Under the pieces are notes generated by a model. The model was given only the letters and a program-made list of their open reading frames with translations, was not told where the DNA came from and ran no database searches. 64,000 nucleotides of DNA from the NCBI GenBank assembly GCA_002307145.1, contig DBTR01000033.1, positions 25,299-89,298 of the forward strand. The letters are read 5' to 3'. Position 1 is the first letter of the stretch; each line of letters starts with the position of its first letter. A program made the translations under genes and the position numbers. This document shows, piece after piece, positions 21,208 to 30,294 of the stretch. The DNA comes from Rhodospirillum sp. UBA1311. GTDB lineage: Bacteria > Pseudomonadota > Alphaproteobacteria > Rhodospirillales > Rhodospirillaceae.

Positions 21208-22110
21208 ATGTACGAAAACTTCTACGGACTGAGCGGAAAACCGTTTTCCCTGCTTCCGGATCCCGATTTTCTCTACGACAGCAAGCGCCACCGCATGGCG
21301 ATCAACCTGCTCGACTACGGCATGATGACCCAGGCGGGCTTCGTCGTGATCACCGGCGAGGTCGGCACCGGCAAGACCACGATCGTGCGGCGGTTCCTGA
21401 AATCGGTGGGGAGCGACATCACCGTCGGCCTGATCAGCAACCCGAGCAAGAGCCTCGGCAAGCTGCTCGGATGGGTGTCCATGGCGTTCGACCTCGACCA
21501 TCGCTCGCGCGACCAGATCAAGCTCTACAACGCCTTCGTCTCGTTCCTGCTGGAGCAATATGCCGCGGGCAAGCGCGTTGTTCTGGTGATCGACGAGGCG
21601 CAGAATCTCTCCGCCGACGGCCTCGAAGAACTGCGCATGCTCTCGAACGTCAACAACGAGCGCGACCAACTGTTGCAGATCATCCTCGTCGGCCAGCCTG
21701 AGCTGGTCGAAACCCTGCGTCGCCCCGAACTCCGGCAATTCGTCCAGCGGATCGCGGTGCACTGCCACCTCGATCCGTTGAGCGCCGAGGAAACCACCGC
21801 CTACATCCGCCACCGTCTCGGCGTGGTCGGCGGCAGTCCGATGCTGTTCGACGACGACGCCTGCACCGGCGTGTATTATTTCAGCGGCGGGATTCCCCGA
21901 TTGATCAACCAGCTGTGCGACGTGGCGATGGTCTACGGATTTTCCGACGAAGCGCCGGTGATCGACTTCGGCGTGATCTTCGAGGTTGCCGCCAACCGCC
22001 AGCGCATGGGCCTCTCGCCGTTCCGGCCGATGCCGGAGGACGCCACCAAGGACAGCCTCCGGCACTCACTCTCCGCAGCCCACCAGCAAGCCCCCGGTCC
22101 GACGGCCTGA
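21208..22110 (+). CDS. ExeA-like AAA ATPase (exosortase-system associated)
   Basis: MYENFYGL...PF, GEVGTGKT, IDEAQ, ILVGQPEL, SGGIPRLIN. Confidence 0.9.
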   Translation: MYENFYGLSGKPFSLLPDPDFLYDSKRHRMAINLLDYGMMTQAGFVVITGEVGTGKTTIVRRFLKSVGSDITVGLISNPSKSLGKLLGWVSMAFDLDHRSRDQIKLYNAFVSFLLEQYAAGKRVVLVIDEAQNLSADGLEELRMLSNVNNERDQLLQIILVGQPELVETLRRPELRQFVQRIAVHCHLDPLSAEETTAYIRHRLGVVGGSPMLFDDDACTGVYYFSGGIPRLINQLCDVAMVYGFSDEAPVIDFGVIFEVAANRQRMGLSPFRPMPEDATKDSLRHSLSAAHQQAPGPTA

Positions 22111-23544
22111 TCAGACCCGGCCGAAGGTGTCCTCAAGGCGGACGATGTCGTCCTCGCCGAGGTAGCCGCCCGACTGCACCTCGATCAGGCGGAGCGGAAT
22201 CTTGCCCGGATTTTCGAGGCGATGCACCGAACCGATCGGAATGTAGGTGGACTGGTTCTCGTGCAGCAGGAAGGTCTTTTCGCCGCAGGTGACGAGCGCC
22301 GTGCCCTCGACCACGATCCAGTGTTCGGCGCGGTGGTGGTGGCGCTGGAGGCTGAGCTTGGCGCCGGGGGTGACGCTGATCTGCTTGACCTGGAAGCGGC
22401 TGCCGGTATCGATGCTGCGATAGCTGCCCCAGGGGCGATAGACGGTGGAGTGGGACATCTGCTCCGAGCGTCCCGCCGCCTTCAGCCGATCGACCACCGC
22501 CTTGACGTCCTGCGCATGGTCGCGATCGGCGACGAACACCGCGTCGTCGGTGACCACGACGATCAGGTCCTCGACCCCGACGAGCGCGGTCAGGAGCTTG
22601 TCGTCGCTGCGGGCGTAGCAGTTCTTCGCGCCTTCGAGGATCACGTCGCCGCGCACCACGTTGCCGTCCGCATCCTTCTCGCCGAGGCTCCAGAGGGCGT
22701 CCCACGCACCGACGTCGTTCCACCCCATCGACACCGGCACCACGGCGGCAAGCGCCGTGTGTTCCATCACCGCGTAGTCGATCGAGAGCGCGGGGCTTTC
22801 GCCGAATGCCTCGGCGTCGATGCGGCAGAAGTCGAGGTCGCGCTTCGCGCCCTTCAGCGCGGCGCGGCAGGCGTCGAGGATCGCGGGCTGCAACCGCTCC
22901 AGTTCTTCAAGGAAGGTCTTCACCTGGAACAGGAAAATACCGCTGTTCCAGAAGTAGTCGCCGGAAGCGACGTAGGCTTCGGCGGTGGCGCGGTCGGGCT
23001 TCTCGGCGAAGCGGTCGACGTGGCAGACATGGCTCGCGGGGGTGATCGGCTCGCCCGCGCGGATATAGCCGTAGCCGGTTTCGGCGTGATCGGCGGTGAT
23101 CCCGAAGGTGACGATCGCACCGCCATAGGCCGCGTCGGCGGCGATGTGAACGGCGTCGATGAACGCGCGCTCGTCGGTGATCACGTGGTCCGAGGGCATC
23201 AGCAGCATCAGCGCCTCGGGCGATTTCGCCGCGATGGTGAGCGCGGCGAGCGCCGCCGCCGGCGCGGTGTTGCGACCGAAGGGCTCAAGAAAGATCTCGG
23301 CGGTCTCGACGCCACACTGGCGCATCTGCTCGGCAACGATAAAGCGGTGTTCCTCGTTGGTGACGAGGAACGGCGCCGCGAAGTCCGGGCCGGAAACCCG
23401 GCGCGCGGTGTTTTCGAGCATCGTCCGATCGCCCATCAGGGGGAGGAACTGCTTCGGAAACATCTGCCGGGAAATCGGCCACAACCGACTTCCGGTGCCG
23501 CCGCACAGGATCACCGGGTGGATCATCGACGCAACAGAATCCAT
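22111..23544 (-). CDS. manC: Mannose-1-phosphate guanylyltransferase / mannose-6-phosphate isomerase
   Basis: PVILCGGTGSRLWP, GRNTAPA, ETGYGYI, RPWG, LSLQRHHHRAEHW; start 23544 or 23526. Confidence 0.95.
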   Translation of the reverse strand: MDSVASMIHPVILCGGTGSRLWPISRQMFPKQFLPLMGDRTMLENTARRVSGPDFAAPFLVTNEEHRFIVAEQMRQCGVETAEIFLEPFGRNTAPAAALAALTIAAKSPEALMLLMPSDHVITDERAFIDAVHIAADAAYGGAIVTFGITADHAETGYGYIRAGEPITPASHVCHVDRFAEKPDRATAEAYVASGDYFWNSGIFLFQVKTFLEELERLQPAILDACRAALKGAKRDLDFCRIDAEAFGESPALSIDYAVMEHTALAAVVPVSMGWNDVGAWDALWSLGEKDADGNVVRGDVILEGAKNCYARSDDKLLTALVGVEDLIVVVTDDAVFVADRDHAQDVKAVVDRLKAAGRSEQMSHSTVYRPWGSYRSIDTGSRFQVKQISVTPGAKLSLQRHHHRAEHWIVVEGTALVTCGEKTFLLHENQSTYIPIGSVHRLENPGKIPLRLIEVQSGGYLGEDDIVRLEDTFGRV

Positions 23545-23741
23545 CAGCAGCCTCGCCGTTGTAGGGATTGGGACATTTACGTTCGTCCTGAACATAGGGA
23601 ATTTTTTTGGCCGACGAGAGGGGAAAAACGCCAAACCCGGTTCACGGCCACGACAATTTCCGCCGAGTCTTGATCGGCGCGGCGCACACCACACCTTAAA
23701 GGCACACGCCGCTTGTCTCCCACCCCACGGAAGGCGCCCCG

Positions 23742-24914
23742 ATGGACGATACCGAAAGCGCCGACCTCGACGACGCACACCTCGCCACGCCCGCCCCCCG
23801 GGCGCGGCAAAACTTGCTGATCATCTCGCGCCACGACTTCCGCTCGCCGCGCAAGGCGAGCGTCCACTTCATCGCCCGCGAACTCGCGAAAGCCGCCAAC
23901 CTGCGCTTTGCCTCGATCGGCTTCAGCCTGCTCTCGAAGCTGAAATCCGACGCCCGGCTGCCGCTTTGGGATGCCGCCAACCGGGTCGAGACGGTCGAGG
24001 GCGTGGACTGCTTCCTGTGGCGCTCGCTCATCCATCCATGCAAGGTTCCGGCGATCCTCAATCCGCTGATGGACCGCTACTTCGCCCACTTCGCCCGCCA
24101 TGTTCCCGAAACCCTGCGCGACTGGATCGCGACCGCCGACACGGTGTTGATCGAATCCGGCGGGCCGGAGATGTTCATCCCGACGGTACGGCGGCTCGCG
24201 CCGGATGCGCGGATCGTCTATCTCTGCGCCGACACCCTCGACGTCGTCGGCAGCCCCGAATACCTCGTCGCCACGCTGATGGCGACCGCGCCGAAGCTCG
24301 ACTGGATCGTGATCAAGTCGAAGCTGATGGCGCCGTTCTTCCCGCCCGGTTCCAATCTCGTGGTGGTGCCGCAGGGGGTGGACAAGGCGGCGCTCGCCAT
24401 GCCCTCGGCAAGCCCATACGCCAAGGATACGACCAATCTGGTCTCGGTCGGCAACATGCTGTTCGATTCCACCTTCTTCACCCTCGCCGCATCCGAGTTC
24501 CCCGAGATCGACTTCCACGTCATCGGCGGCGGACCGGACTCCCTCGGCCTCGACGCACCCAACATCTTCGTCCACGCCGAAATGCCGTTCGCCGAAACCC
24601 TGCCCTACATCCGGCATGCCGACGCCGGGGTCGCCCCCTATGGCGCGGGCGTCGTGCCTTACCTTGCCGACAGCTCGCTGAAGCTCGCGCAATACGGTTG
24701 CCTCGGGCTACCCGGCATCTGCCCCGCGATCGCCGCCGCCGGGCATGCCCATCGCTTCGGGTATACTCCGGGCGACAAGGCCTCGATCGTCGCGGCGATC
24801 ACGGCGGCGTTGGCCCACGGGCGGTTCGCCGGAACCGACCCCCTCGGCTGGGACGACGTCGCCCGGCGGGTGATCTCCCCGCGCGACTTCACCGATACCC
24901 AGTTGTCAAAATGA
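23742..24914 (+). CDS. gumK: GT70 beta-glucuronosyltransferase
   Basis: HDFRSPRKASVHFIAREL, VSVGNMLFD, YLADSSLKLAQY resemble Xanthomonas GumK. Confidence 0.82.
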   Translation: MDDTESADLDDAHLATPAPRARQNLLIISRHDFRSPRKASVHFIARELAKAANLRFASIGFSLLSKLKSDARLPLWDAANRVETVEGVDCFLWRSLIHPCKVPAILNPLMDRYFAHFARHVPETLRDWIATADTVLIESGGPEMFIPTVRRLAPDARIVYLCADTLDVVGSPEYLVATLMATAPKLDWIVIKSKLMAPFFPPGSNLVVVPQGVDKAALAMPSASPYAKDTTNLVSVGNMLFDSTFFTLAASEFPEIDFHVIGGGPDSLGLDAPNIFVHAEMPFAETLPYIRHADAGVAPYGAGVVPYLADSSLKLAQYGCLGLPGICPAIAAAGHAHRFGYTPGDKASIVAAITAALAHGRFAGTDPLGWDDVARRVISPRDFTDTQLSK

Positions 24915-24952
24915 TCGCGGCGACACCCGTTTCGGAGCGTCGCCGCGATTTT
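24914..24952. terminator. Hairpin between convergent gumK and DUF3309-like gene
   Basis: ATCGCGGCGAC...GTCGCCGCGAT followed by TTT. Confidence 0.5.
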
Positions 24953-24967
24953 CAACCGCATGGGGCG

Positions 24968-25126
24968 TCAGAATCGTCCCATTAGGACGAGAATCAGCAC
25001 AATCACCAGAACCAGGCCCAAGCCGCCGCTGGGATAATATCCCCAACCGCCGGAATACGGCCAATTCGGCAATGCGCCAATCAACAGAACGATCAAGACG
25101 ATCAAAAGTATCGTGCCAACGCTCAT
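24968..25126 (-). CDS. DUF3309-like small membrane protein (52 aa, not in ORF track)
   Basis: Manual translation MSVGTILLIVLIVLLIGALPNWPYSGGWGYYPSGGLGLVLVIVLILVLMGRF; GGAG RBS. Confidence 0.88.
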   Translation of the reverse strand: MSVGTILLIVLIVLLIGALPNWPYSGGWGYYPSGGLGLVLVIVLILVLMGRF

Positions 25127-25283
25127 GGTTCTTCTCCCTGGCGATTATTCCCTGGAAGCCCGCGATACGCGACCCAAAGGGATTTGCGAAAAGCGCGTAA
25201 AGTCACGTCTATCGAGAGAAGAAACGCGCTGAACGTCGAAAAGGCTCCTTCCGGAGCCGATTTCGCAAAATCCCGGTTCCGGA

Positions 25284-25991
25284 TCAGAGGCTCGAAGCCG
25301 CCGCGTTCAGGGCAAGCTCGGCCTCGACGAATTCGGCGAGACGTTCCAGTTCGGCATCGGGAATGCCGCAGGCGCGCAGGCCGTCGCGGGTGCGGAAGAG
25401 GTAGTCGGCGGAGGTGCCGAGACTGCCGACGGCGGTGGCGAGAACCTTCACCACCGCGTCGATCACCAGATCGCCGGCATAGTTGACGTGCGCCTTGTCC
25501 ATGGTGAAGGCGAGCGCCTTGCCGAAGCATGCGCCGTCCTGGCCATGCAGGTCGAGCCAGCGCGGCACGTAGGCGCCGGTGACCATCTCGCGCCGCCAGA
25601 GCAGCGCCAGTTCGTTTTCGGTATCGGCCTCGGCGAGGCGAAGCGCGACGCCGTCGCAGAAGCCACCCTCGTCGAGCCCCAGCACCAGCCCGGGCTTGTC
25701 GATGGTGCCACGCCCGGCCTTGCTGGCGAGGCAGAAGGCGCGATGCCAGCCTTCGACCCGCGCGATGCGGCGCTCGACGGTATGGACGGTGGGGTTCCAG
25801 ATCAACGAGCCATAGGCGAACAACCAGACGTCGCCCGGCGGCCGGTCGGCGAGCGCGGCGCGCAACGACGCGTCGCGCTCCTCGGCGGTCAGCACCCGCT
25901 GGCACGGCGCATCGCGGATGATGATGGATTCGAGGCCTCCCGCTTCGAGAAACGAGCGGTTCATCCGGTGTTCGGCGTCTGCGTCGGTCAT
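25284..25991 (-). CDS. chaC: Glutathione-specific gamma-glutamylcyclotransferase
   Basis: WLFAYGSLIWNP, GRGTIDKPGLVLGL, LWRREM, GTSADYL. Confidence 0.9.
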   Translation of the reverse strand: MTDADAEHRMNRSFLEAGGLESIIIRDAPCQRVLTAEERDASLRAALADRPPGDVWLFAYGSLIWNPTVHTVERRIARVEGWHRAFCLASKAGRGTIDKPGLVLGLDEGGFCDGVALRLAEADTENELALLWRREMVTGAYVPRWLDLHGQDGACFGKALAFTMDKAHVNYAGDLVIDAVVKVLATAVGSLGTSADYLFRTRDGLRACGIPDAELERLAEFVEAELALNAAASSL

Positions 25992-26168
25992 CCCATTGCC
26001 CACTCGGCCAGCCTTAAACAGAATCCAGACTAAGGTCGGACTTCTTAACAAATCCGTCAATTCCCCAACTGCGCGGGTCGCTGCCACGCACTCCGCCGGA
26101 CGGCTTCGCGACGCACGATGTAACAGTGTTGCTTTTCCCGGTCGCCACGCCTAGGGTGGCGACTTCTT

Positions 26169-26187
26169 TATCCCCTCCCCCAGGATA
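26169..26187 (+). promoter_or_regulatory. Putative RcnR/CsoR-family operator
   Basis: TATCC-CCTCCCCCA-GGATA: inverted repeat flanking a C-tract just upstream of rcnR. Confidence 0.6.
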
Positions 26188-26198
26188 GGATTCCGCCA

Positions 26199-26471
26199 AT
26201 GGACCCGCACGCCCATGCCAGCCACGCCGAGATCGTCAAGCGCCTCAAGCGCACCGAAGGCCACGTCCGCGCGATCATCGCAATGATCGAGGACGGCCGC
26301 CCCTGCGTCGACGTCGCACAGCAGATGCAGGCGGTCGAGGCGGCGATCCATGGAGCGAAACAGGCGTTCATCCGCGACCACATCGACCACTGCCTCGAAG
26401 ACCATCTCGCCTCGGGCCAGCCCGTGGCGGAAACCCTGCGTGAGTTCAAGGACATCGCGAAATACCTGTAG
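26199..26471 (+). CDS. rcnR: Ni/Co-sensing repressor, RcnR/CsoR family
   Basis: RLKRTEGHVRAI, C...QQMQAV, DHIDHC. Confidence 0.85.
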   Translation: MDPHAHASHAEIVKRLKRTEGHVRAIIAMIEDGRPCVDVAQQMQAVEAAIHGAKQAFIRDHIDHCLEDHLASGQPVAETLREFKDIAKYL

Positions 26472-26497
26472 CCGCTCCCAGCGGAAGGACCCGGACC

Positions 26498-27304
26498 ATG
26501 GACTTGATTTCCCTGATCGACGCGGGCGCGACCTCGCCGGTCGCCCTATTCTTCGCCGCCCTGCTCCTCGGCGGCCTGCACGGCCTCGAACCCGGCCACT
26601 CGAAGACGATGATGGCGGCGTTCATCATCGCGGTGCGCGGCACCCCCGGTCAGGCGGCGCTGCTCGGGCTTTCCGCCGCGCTTTCCCACACCGTGATCGT
26701 TTGGGTGCTGGCAATCGTGGCGCTGGTCTATGGCGACGCGCTGATCGGCGAACGCCTGGAGCCCTGGTTCATGATCGTCTCCGGCGGCGTCGTGGTGCTG
26801 ATGGGCGCATGGATCTATCTCCGTAGCCGCCACGCTCACCACCATCACCACGATTACGACCATCATCACGGCCATGATCACCACCACATCCATCCGCATC
26901 CGCACGTCCACGACGAACCGGAGCTGGACGCCCACGCCCGCGCCCATGCCGACGCAATCGCGCAGCGCTTCGGCGGCGGCACCACCACCACGGTGCAGAC
27001 CATCCTCTTCGGCCTCACCGGCGGAATGATTCCTTGCCCCGCCGCGATCACCGTGCTGGTGCTTTGCCTGCACCTGAAGAAGTTCAGCCTCGGCATCACC
27101 CTGGTCGCGGCGTTCAGCATCGGCCTCGCGCTCACTCTGGTCGCCGTCGGCATGGCAACCGCCATCGGCCTGCGCTACGCCGCCGCGCGCACCACCCGCC
27201 TCGACGCCCTGTTCGCCAGGGCACCGTACATCTCCGCCGTGCTGATTTCCCTGATCGGCCTGTTCATGGCCTGGTCCGGCTACGCCCACCTCGCCGCAGC
27301 CTGA
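26498..27304 (+). CDS. rcnA: Nickel/cobalt efflux transporter
   Basis: LHGLEPGHSKTMMAAF, His-rich loop, GMIPCPAA. Confidence 0.92.
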   Translation: MDLISLIDAGATSPVALFFAALLLGGLHGLEPGHSKTMMAAFIIAVRGTPGQAALLGLSAALSHTVIVWVLAIVALVYGDALIGERLEPWFMIVSGGVVVLMGAWIYLRSRHAHHHHHDYDHHHGHDHHHIHPHPHVHDEPELDAHARAHADAIAQRFGGGTTTTVQTILFGLTGGMIPCPAAITVLVLCLHLKKFSLGITLVAAFSIGLALTLVAVGMATAIGLRYAAARTTRLDALFARAPYISAVLISLIGLFMAWSGYAHLAAA

Positions 27305-27314
27305 CCCCAAACGA

Positions 27315-27340
27315 AAAAGGCTCCCGAAAGGGAGCCTTTT
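27315..27340. terminator. Bidirectional intrinsic terminator (rcnA and the original tRNA-Ser)
   Basis: AAAAGGCTCCC-GAAA-GGGAGCCTTTT. Confidence 0.88.
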
Positions 27341-27355
27341 GTTAGTCTCGCGGAC

Positions 27356-27415
27356 TGGCGGAGGGACCGGGACTCGAACCCGGGGACGGGGTTAAATCCG
27401 TCACGGATTAGCAAT
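27356..27415 (-). tRNA. 3' half of tRNA-Ser(GCT), displaced fragment marking the prophage att junction (not a complete tRNA)
   Basis: Minus strand ATTGCTAATCCGTGACGGATTTAACCCCGTCCCCGGGTTCGAGTCCCGGTCCCTCCGCCA: GCT anticodon loop, long variable arm, T-arm, acceptor strand, CCA; no D-arm or 5' acceptor strand upstream. Confidence 0.85.
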
Positions 27416-27539
27416 TCCTGACGGGGGGCTCGGAAAATCGGCAGAACACTAAGGTTTCTGCGGGTTTCGGCCATGGAAATCCCGGAATATTCGGTGAACG
27501 GAAACGGACTTTTCGGCTACGAAAGCGGCTACAGTTGTT

Positions 27540-28085
27540 CTACTTGCGTTCCTGCCGCCTCCGGTTCCACTCCAGGATGGCGTCGTTCGGCAACGGCTCC
27601 GTGGAGCGCATCACCTCCTGGAAATCCGCATCGCGTTTCGCCTCGTCGTCGGGAATCGCGCGCAACTCTTTCATGCCGTCGACGACGGCGCGGACCTCGG
27701 ATGCGGTCTTCGCCTTCGCCTTGACTTCGAGCGTCCGCGTGCCGAACCAGAACGCGACGACGGTCCCGAGGATCATCCACAGCGCGTCCGGAACGAGCGC
27801 CAGCGCCTGCATGCTCACCGAGAACTCGACGGGATCGACGACGCACCACCAGAACAAGCCGATAGTGCCGAAGGTGAAGAGCGGGCGAACGAGGCGGTTC
27901 AGTCCGTCGACGAGGCTATCCCACCAAGTGGTGGACGCCTTCGCGAACTCCCCGGCGACGCTCTCGCGCAAGGTGATCTGCTCGTCGTGGACGTTGGCTT
28001 CCGCCTTGTCCTTGTCGACGAAGAAGCGCCCGACCAATTTGTCGACGCCGCCCAGCGCACCGAGGATCGCGGTCAAAGCACCCAT
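27540..28085 (-). CDS. Holin (3TM, GTA-type holin family)
   Basis: WWDSLVDGLNRLVRP...FWFGTR; directly downstream of the endolysin. Confidence 0.8.
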   Translation of the reverse strand: MGALTAILGALGGVDKLVGRFFVDKDKAEANVHDEQITLRESVAGEFAKASTTWWDSLVDGLNRLVRPLFTFGTIGLFWWCVVDPVEFSVSMQALALVPDALWMILGTVVAFWFGTRTLEVKAKAKTASEVRAVVDGMKELRAIPDDEAKRDADFQEVMRSTEPLPNDAILEWNRRRQERK

Positions 28086-28660
28086 CACGCGACCTCCCGG
28101 AATTCTTCCGCGCGAGCCGTCCAGCCGCGCTCGAACTTCGCGTTCGCGGGCCGGGTTTGGATCAAGCGGGCGTAGAAGTTTCGCCGCTCGTCGACCAGAG
28201 CATTGGAGAGCGCCGCGCCCATCGCCGCCTCTGCCGTCGTGATCCGGGCGAGCGTCTGAGGTCCAAGCACGCCGTCGACATCGACCGGACCGAACCCCGC
28301 TTGGTTGACGACGGATTGCAGCAGACGCACCGCGGCGCGCGGGCCGGAGTTGACGCCGATGTCGAACATCTGCGCCTGGAGCCGCTCCGGTAGGGCGTCG
28401 AAGCGCGGGCCGCTGAAATAGCGGGTGGCGTAGATGTGACGCGCCGTCGCTTCGTCCATCGTGCGGACCTCGTCAACGCTGACCTGCCGCCCGAGCCAGT
28501 CCGAGAGCGTGGCCTGAGTGACGCCCATATTGGTGCAAGAGCAATCCCACCGCGCGCCCGGCTTGTTGCGCGCCGCGCCATAGTGGGCCGCGTCGGAGGG
28601 ATCGGCCGTGAAGCCGCCCTCCCGACGCAGGATGTCGGAAATCAGATCGTAGACGGTCAT
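28085..28660 (-). CDS. Endolysin, GH108 N-acetylmuramidase with peptidoglycan-binding domain
   Basis: REGG, TNMGVT, FDIGVNSG, DGVLGPQT, KFERGWTAR. Confidence 0.88.
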   Translation of the reverse strand: MTVYDLISDILRREGGFTADPSDAAHYGAARNKPGARWDCSCTNMGVTQATLSDWLGRQVSVDEVRTMDEATARHIYATRYFSGPRFDALPERLQAQMFDIGVNSGPRAAVRLLQSVVNQAGFGPVDVDGVLGPQTLARITTAEAAMGAALSNALVDERRNFYARLIQTRPANAKFERGWTARAEEFREVA

Positions 28661-28661
28661 G

Positions 28662-29051
28662 TTACTTCTCCTCCCCGGATCTCCGATGGTGCGGAGCGTA
28701 GTTCTCGACCAGCTTGCTCAACAGCACCTCGATCCCGCGCGGGCCCATCCATGCGCAAAGGCCGACGATCGTGTTCGTCACCATGAACAGCCGCTCCGGC
28801 GATTCCTGGACGACCTGCGGGAGAAACGGGATCATCAGCAGGGCGAACCCCGAACCGAGGATCGACGAGAACGCGGCCGTGGGGACTTCCCAGAGCAGGT
28901 CGCGCCCCCAGAACCGGCGCTGGCCCATCCGCACCAAACGGTGATGCCAGAGCAGCCGGGCGAGCATGGCCGTCGGGAACATGCCGCAGATACCAACCGT
29001 GAATGCCTGAAGCGCGGAGAGCGGCCCGCCGCTTTCTTGTGGGTCGATCAT
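28662..29051 (-). CDS. Phage membrane protein in lysis cassette (holin/antiholin-like)
   Basis: Hydrophobic segments; GAGGAGG RBS before MIDPQE; immediately upstream of the endolysin. Confidence 0.6.
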   Translation of the reverse strand: MIDPQESGGPLSALQAFTVGICGMFPTAMLARLLWHHRLVRMGQRRFWGRDLLWEVPTAAFSSILGSGFALLMIPFLPQVVQESPERLFMVTNTIVGLCAWMGPRGIEVLLSKLVENYAPHHRRSGEEK

Positions 29052-29061
29052 CGCCGCCTCC

Positions 29062-29874
29062 TCATGCCACGGTGCCGTAACGGGTGCCTGTGGCGATCCA
29101 GGTGATATTGGCGTTTCCGGTGACCGCCGCACCGCCCGCGCCAGGGCCGGAGCTATTTCCACCGATTTCTCCGCCCGAGTTGCCGAGGTTGCCGCCGCTC
29201 ATCCCCACGCCCGTAAGGGCGCAGTAATAGCCGTTCTCTGCGTCTCCGGCGTTAACCGACCCCCGCCCACCGCCACCACCCGAAGTGAGGGTTCCGGAGC
29301 TGCCGTGGCCCATGCCTCCTACAGAGCAATCAAGCCCGGAGTTTCCTCCGGAGCCAACCGGGTACCCCGCACCGCCACCGCCGCCACCATAGGCATCGTC
29401 ACTCCGATCTCCGCCGCCACCGCCGCCGCCGATCACACCGAGAAGATTGTCTACCGTCGTGGGGGCTTGTGCGCGGAGCGCGGGGCCACCAGACTCGGCA
29501 TTCCCGCTGCTGCTATAGTCCTTTCCCCGACCACCTTTCCCGACGATATAGCCCTTGTTAACAAGCGTCACACGGCTGCCGTTCGGCAAGACGTCGGTAT
29601 CGAAGGCGTAGGCTGCGGTGCTGGTGGACCCGATGATGCCGGTGGCTTCGACAGTAATACTGGCCATCAAAGGCACCTTGCCATCCCATCCCGCAGCCAT
29701 GGCGGCGGAGCGGACGTTCAGGTTCGTCATCGAGCCGGTAACGACGAGCCTGAAGGCGAAGTCGCCGCTGATCTGGCCGAGGATCGACAAGCCGCGCGAC
29801 TTCGGCACACGCATGAGATTGGGCGTCGCCAGCTTGGGGCGGGTCATCCGTGGCAGGACCGGCTTCGCGGTCAT
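29062..29874 (-). CDS. Glycine-rich tail fibre/receptor-binding protein
   Basis: NKGYIVGKGG, GGGGGGG tracts, C-terminal GAGGAAVTGN; located in tail module. Confidence 0.6.
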   Translation of the reverse strand: MTAKPVLPRMTRPKLATPNLMRVPKSRGLSILGQISGDFAFRLVVTGSMTNLNVRSAAMAAGWDGKVPLMASITVEATGIIGSTSTAAYAFDTDVLPNGSRVTLVNKGYIVGKGGRGKDYSSSGNAESGGPALRAQAPTTVDNLLGVIGGGGGGGDRSDDAYGGGGGGAGYPVGSGGNSGLDCSVGGMGHGSSGTLTSGGGGGRGSVNAGDAENGYYCALTGVGMSGGNLGNSGGEIGGNSSGPGAGGAAVTGNANITWIATGTRYGTVA

Positions 29875-29876
29875 GG

Positions 29877-30284
29877 TCAGTAATCCATGTATTCAGCGTT
29901 GAACGCGACACCCGTAGCCTGAGCCACGCCGATGGCCACGCCGAGCTTTGCGGCAGCCGGGAGGCGCAAGGCGGCGTCCGGGGTGTTTTTATCGACGAAG
30001 GTCTGGCCGACCGGGAGCACGGTCTGCGACAGCGTGTAGGCGGCGAGCAACTTCATGTCGATCACCTTCCAGGTCGCTCCCGCATCCTGGCTGATGTAAA
30101 GGCGCAAGACCGTCGCCGTAACCGTCCCGACCGGCAACGCCGTCAGGCCGGTGACGAGCGCCCCGTTCGCGCCCGCCGTCAGCAGCGGGACGATGGTGCC
30201 GGTTCCGTCGGCGGCAGCGTTCGCCACGGTCGCCAGGGCGGAGGCGTACTTCGGGGTCGTGGGGAAGTTCGGATCGGTTGCCAT
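29877..30284 (-). CDS. Tail-fibre-associated protein
   Basis: MATDPNFPTTP...AEYMDY; AGGAG RBS; lies between tail genes. Confidence 0.6.
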   Translation of the reverse strand: MATDPNFPTTPKYASALATVANAAADGTGTIVPLLTAGANGALVTGLTALPVGTVTATVLRLYISQDAGATWKVIDMKLLAAYTLSQTVLPVGQTFVDKNTPDAALRLPAAAKLGVAIGVAQATGVAFNAEYMDY

Positions 30285-30294
30285 GGTAGGCTCC

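Noticed and set aside
268-23673. Long alternative-frame ORFs over host genes (e.g. 268..1755, 3405..5192, 6428..7969, 22222..23673)
   Set aside because: Shadow ORFs overlapping genes that carry clear family motifs
26830-26912. CAC/CAT repeat tract
   Set aside because: Encodes the normal His-rich loop of RcnA
27356-27450. Complete tRNA-Ser gene
   Set aside because: Sequence 5' of the anticodon loop cannot form the anticodon stem, D-arm or acceptor stem; only the 3' half is present
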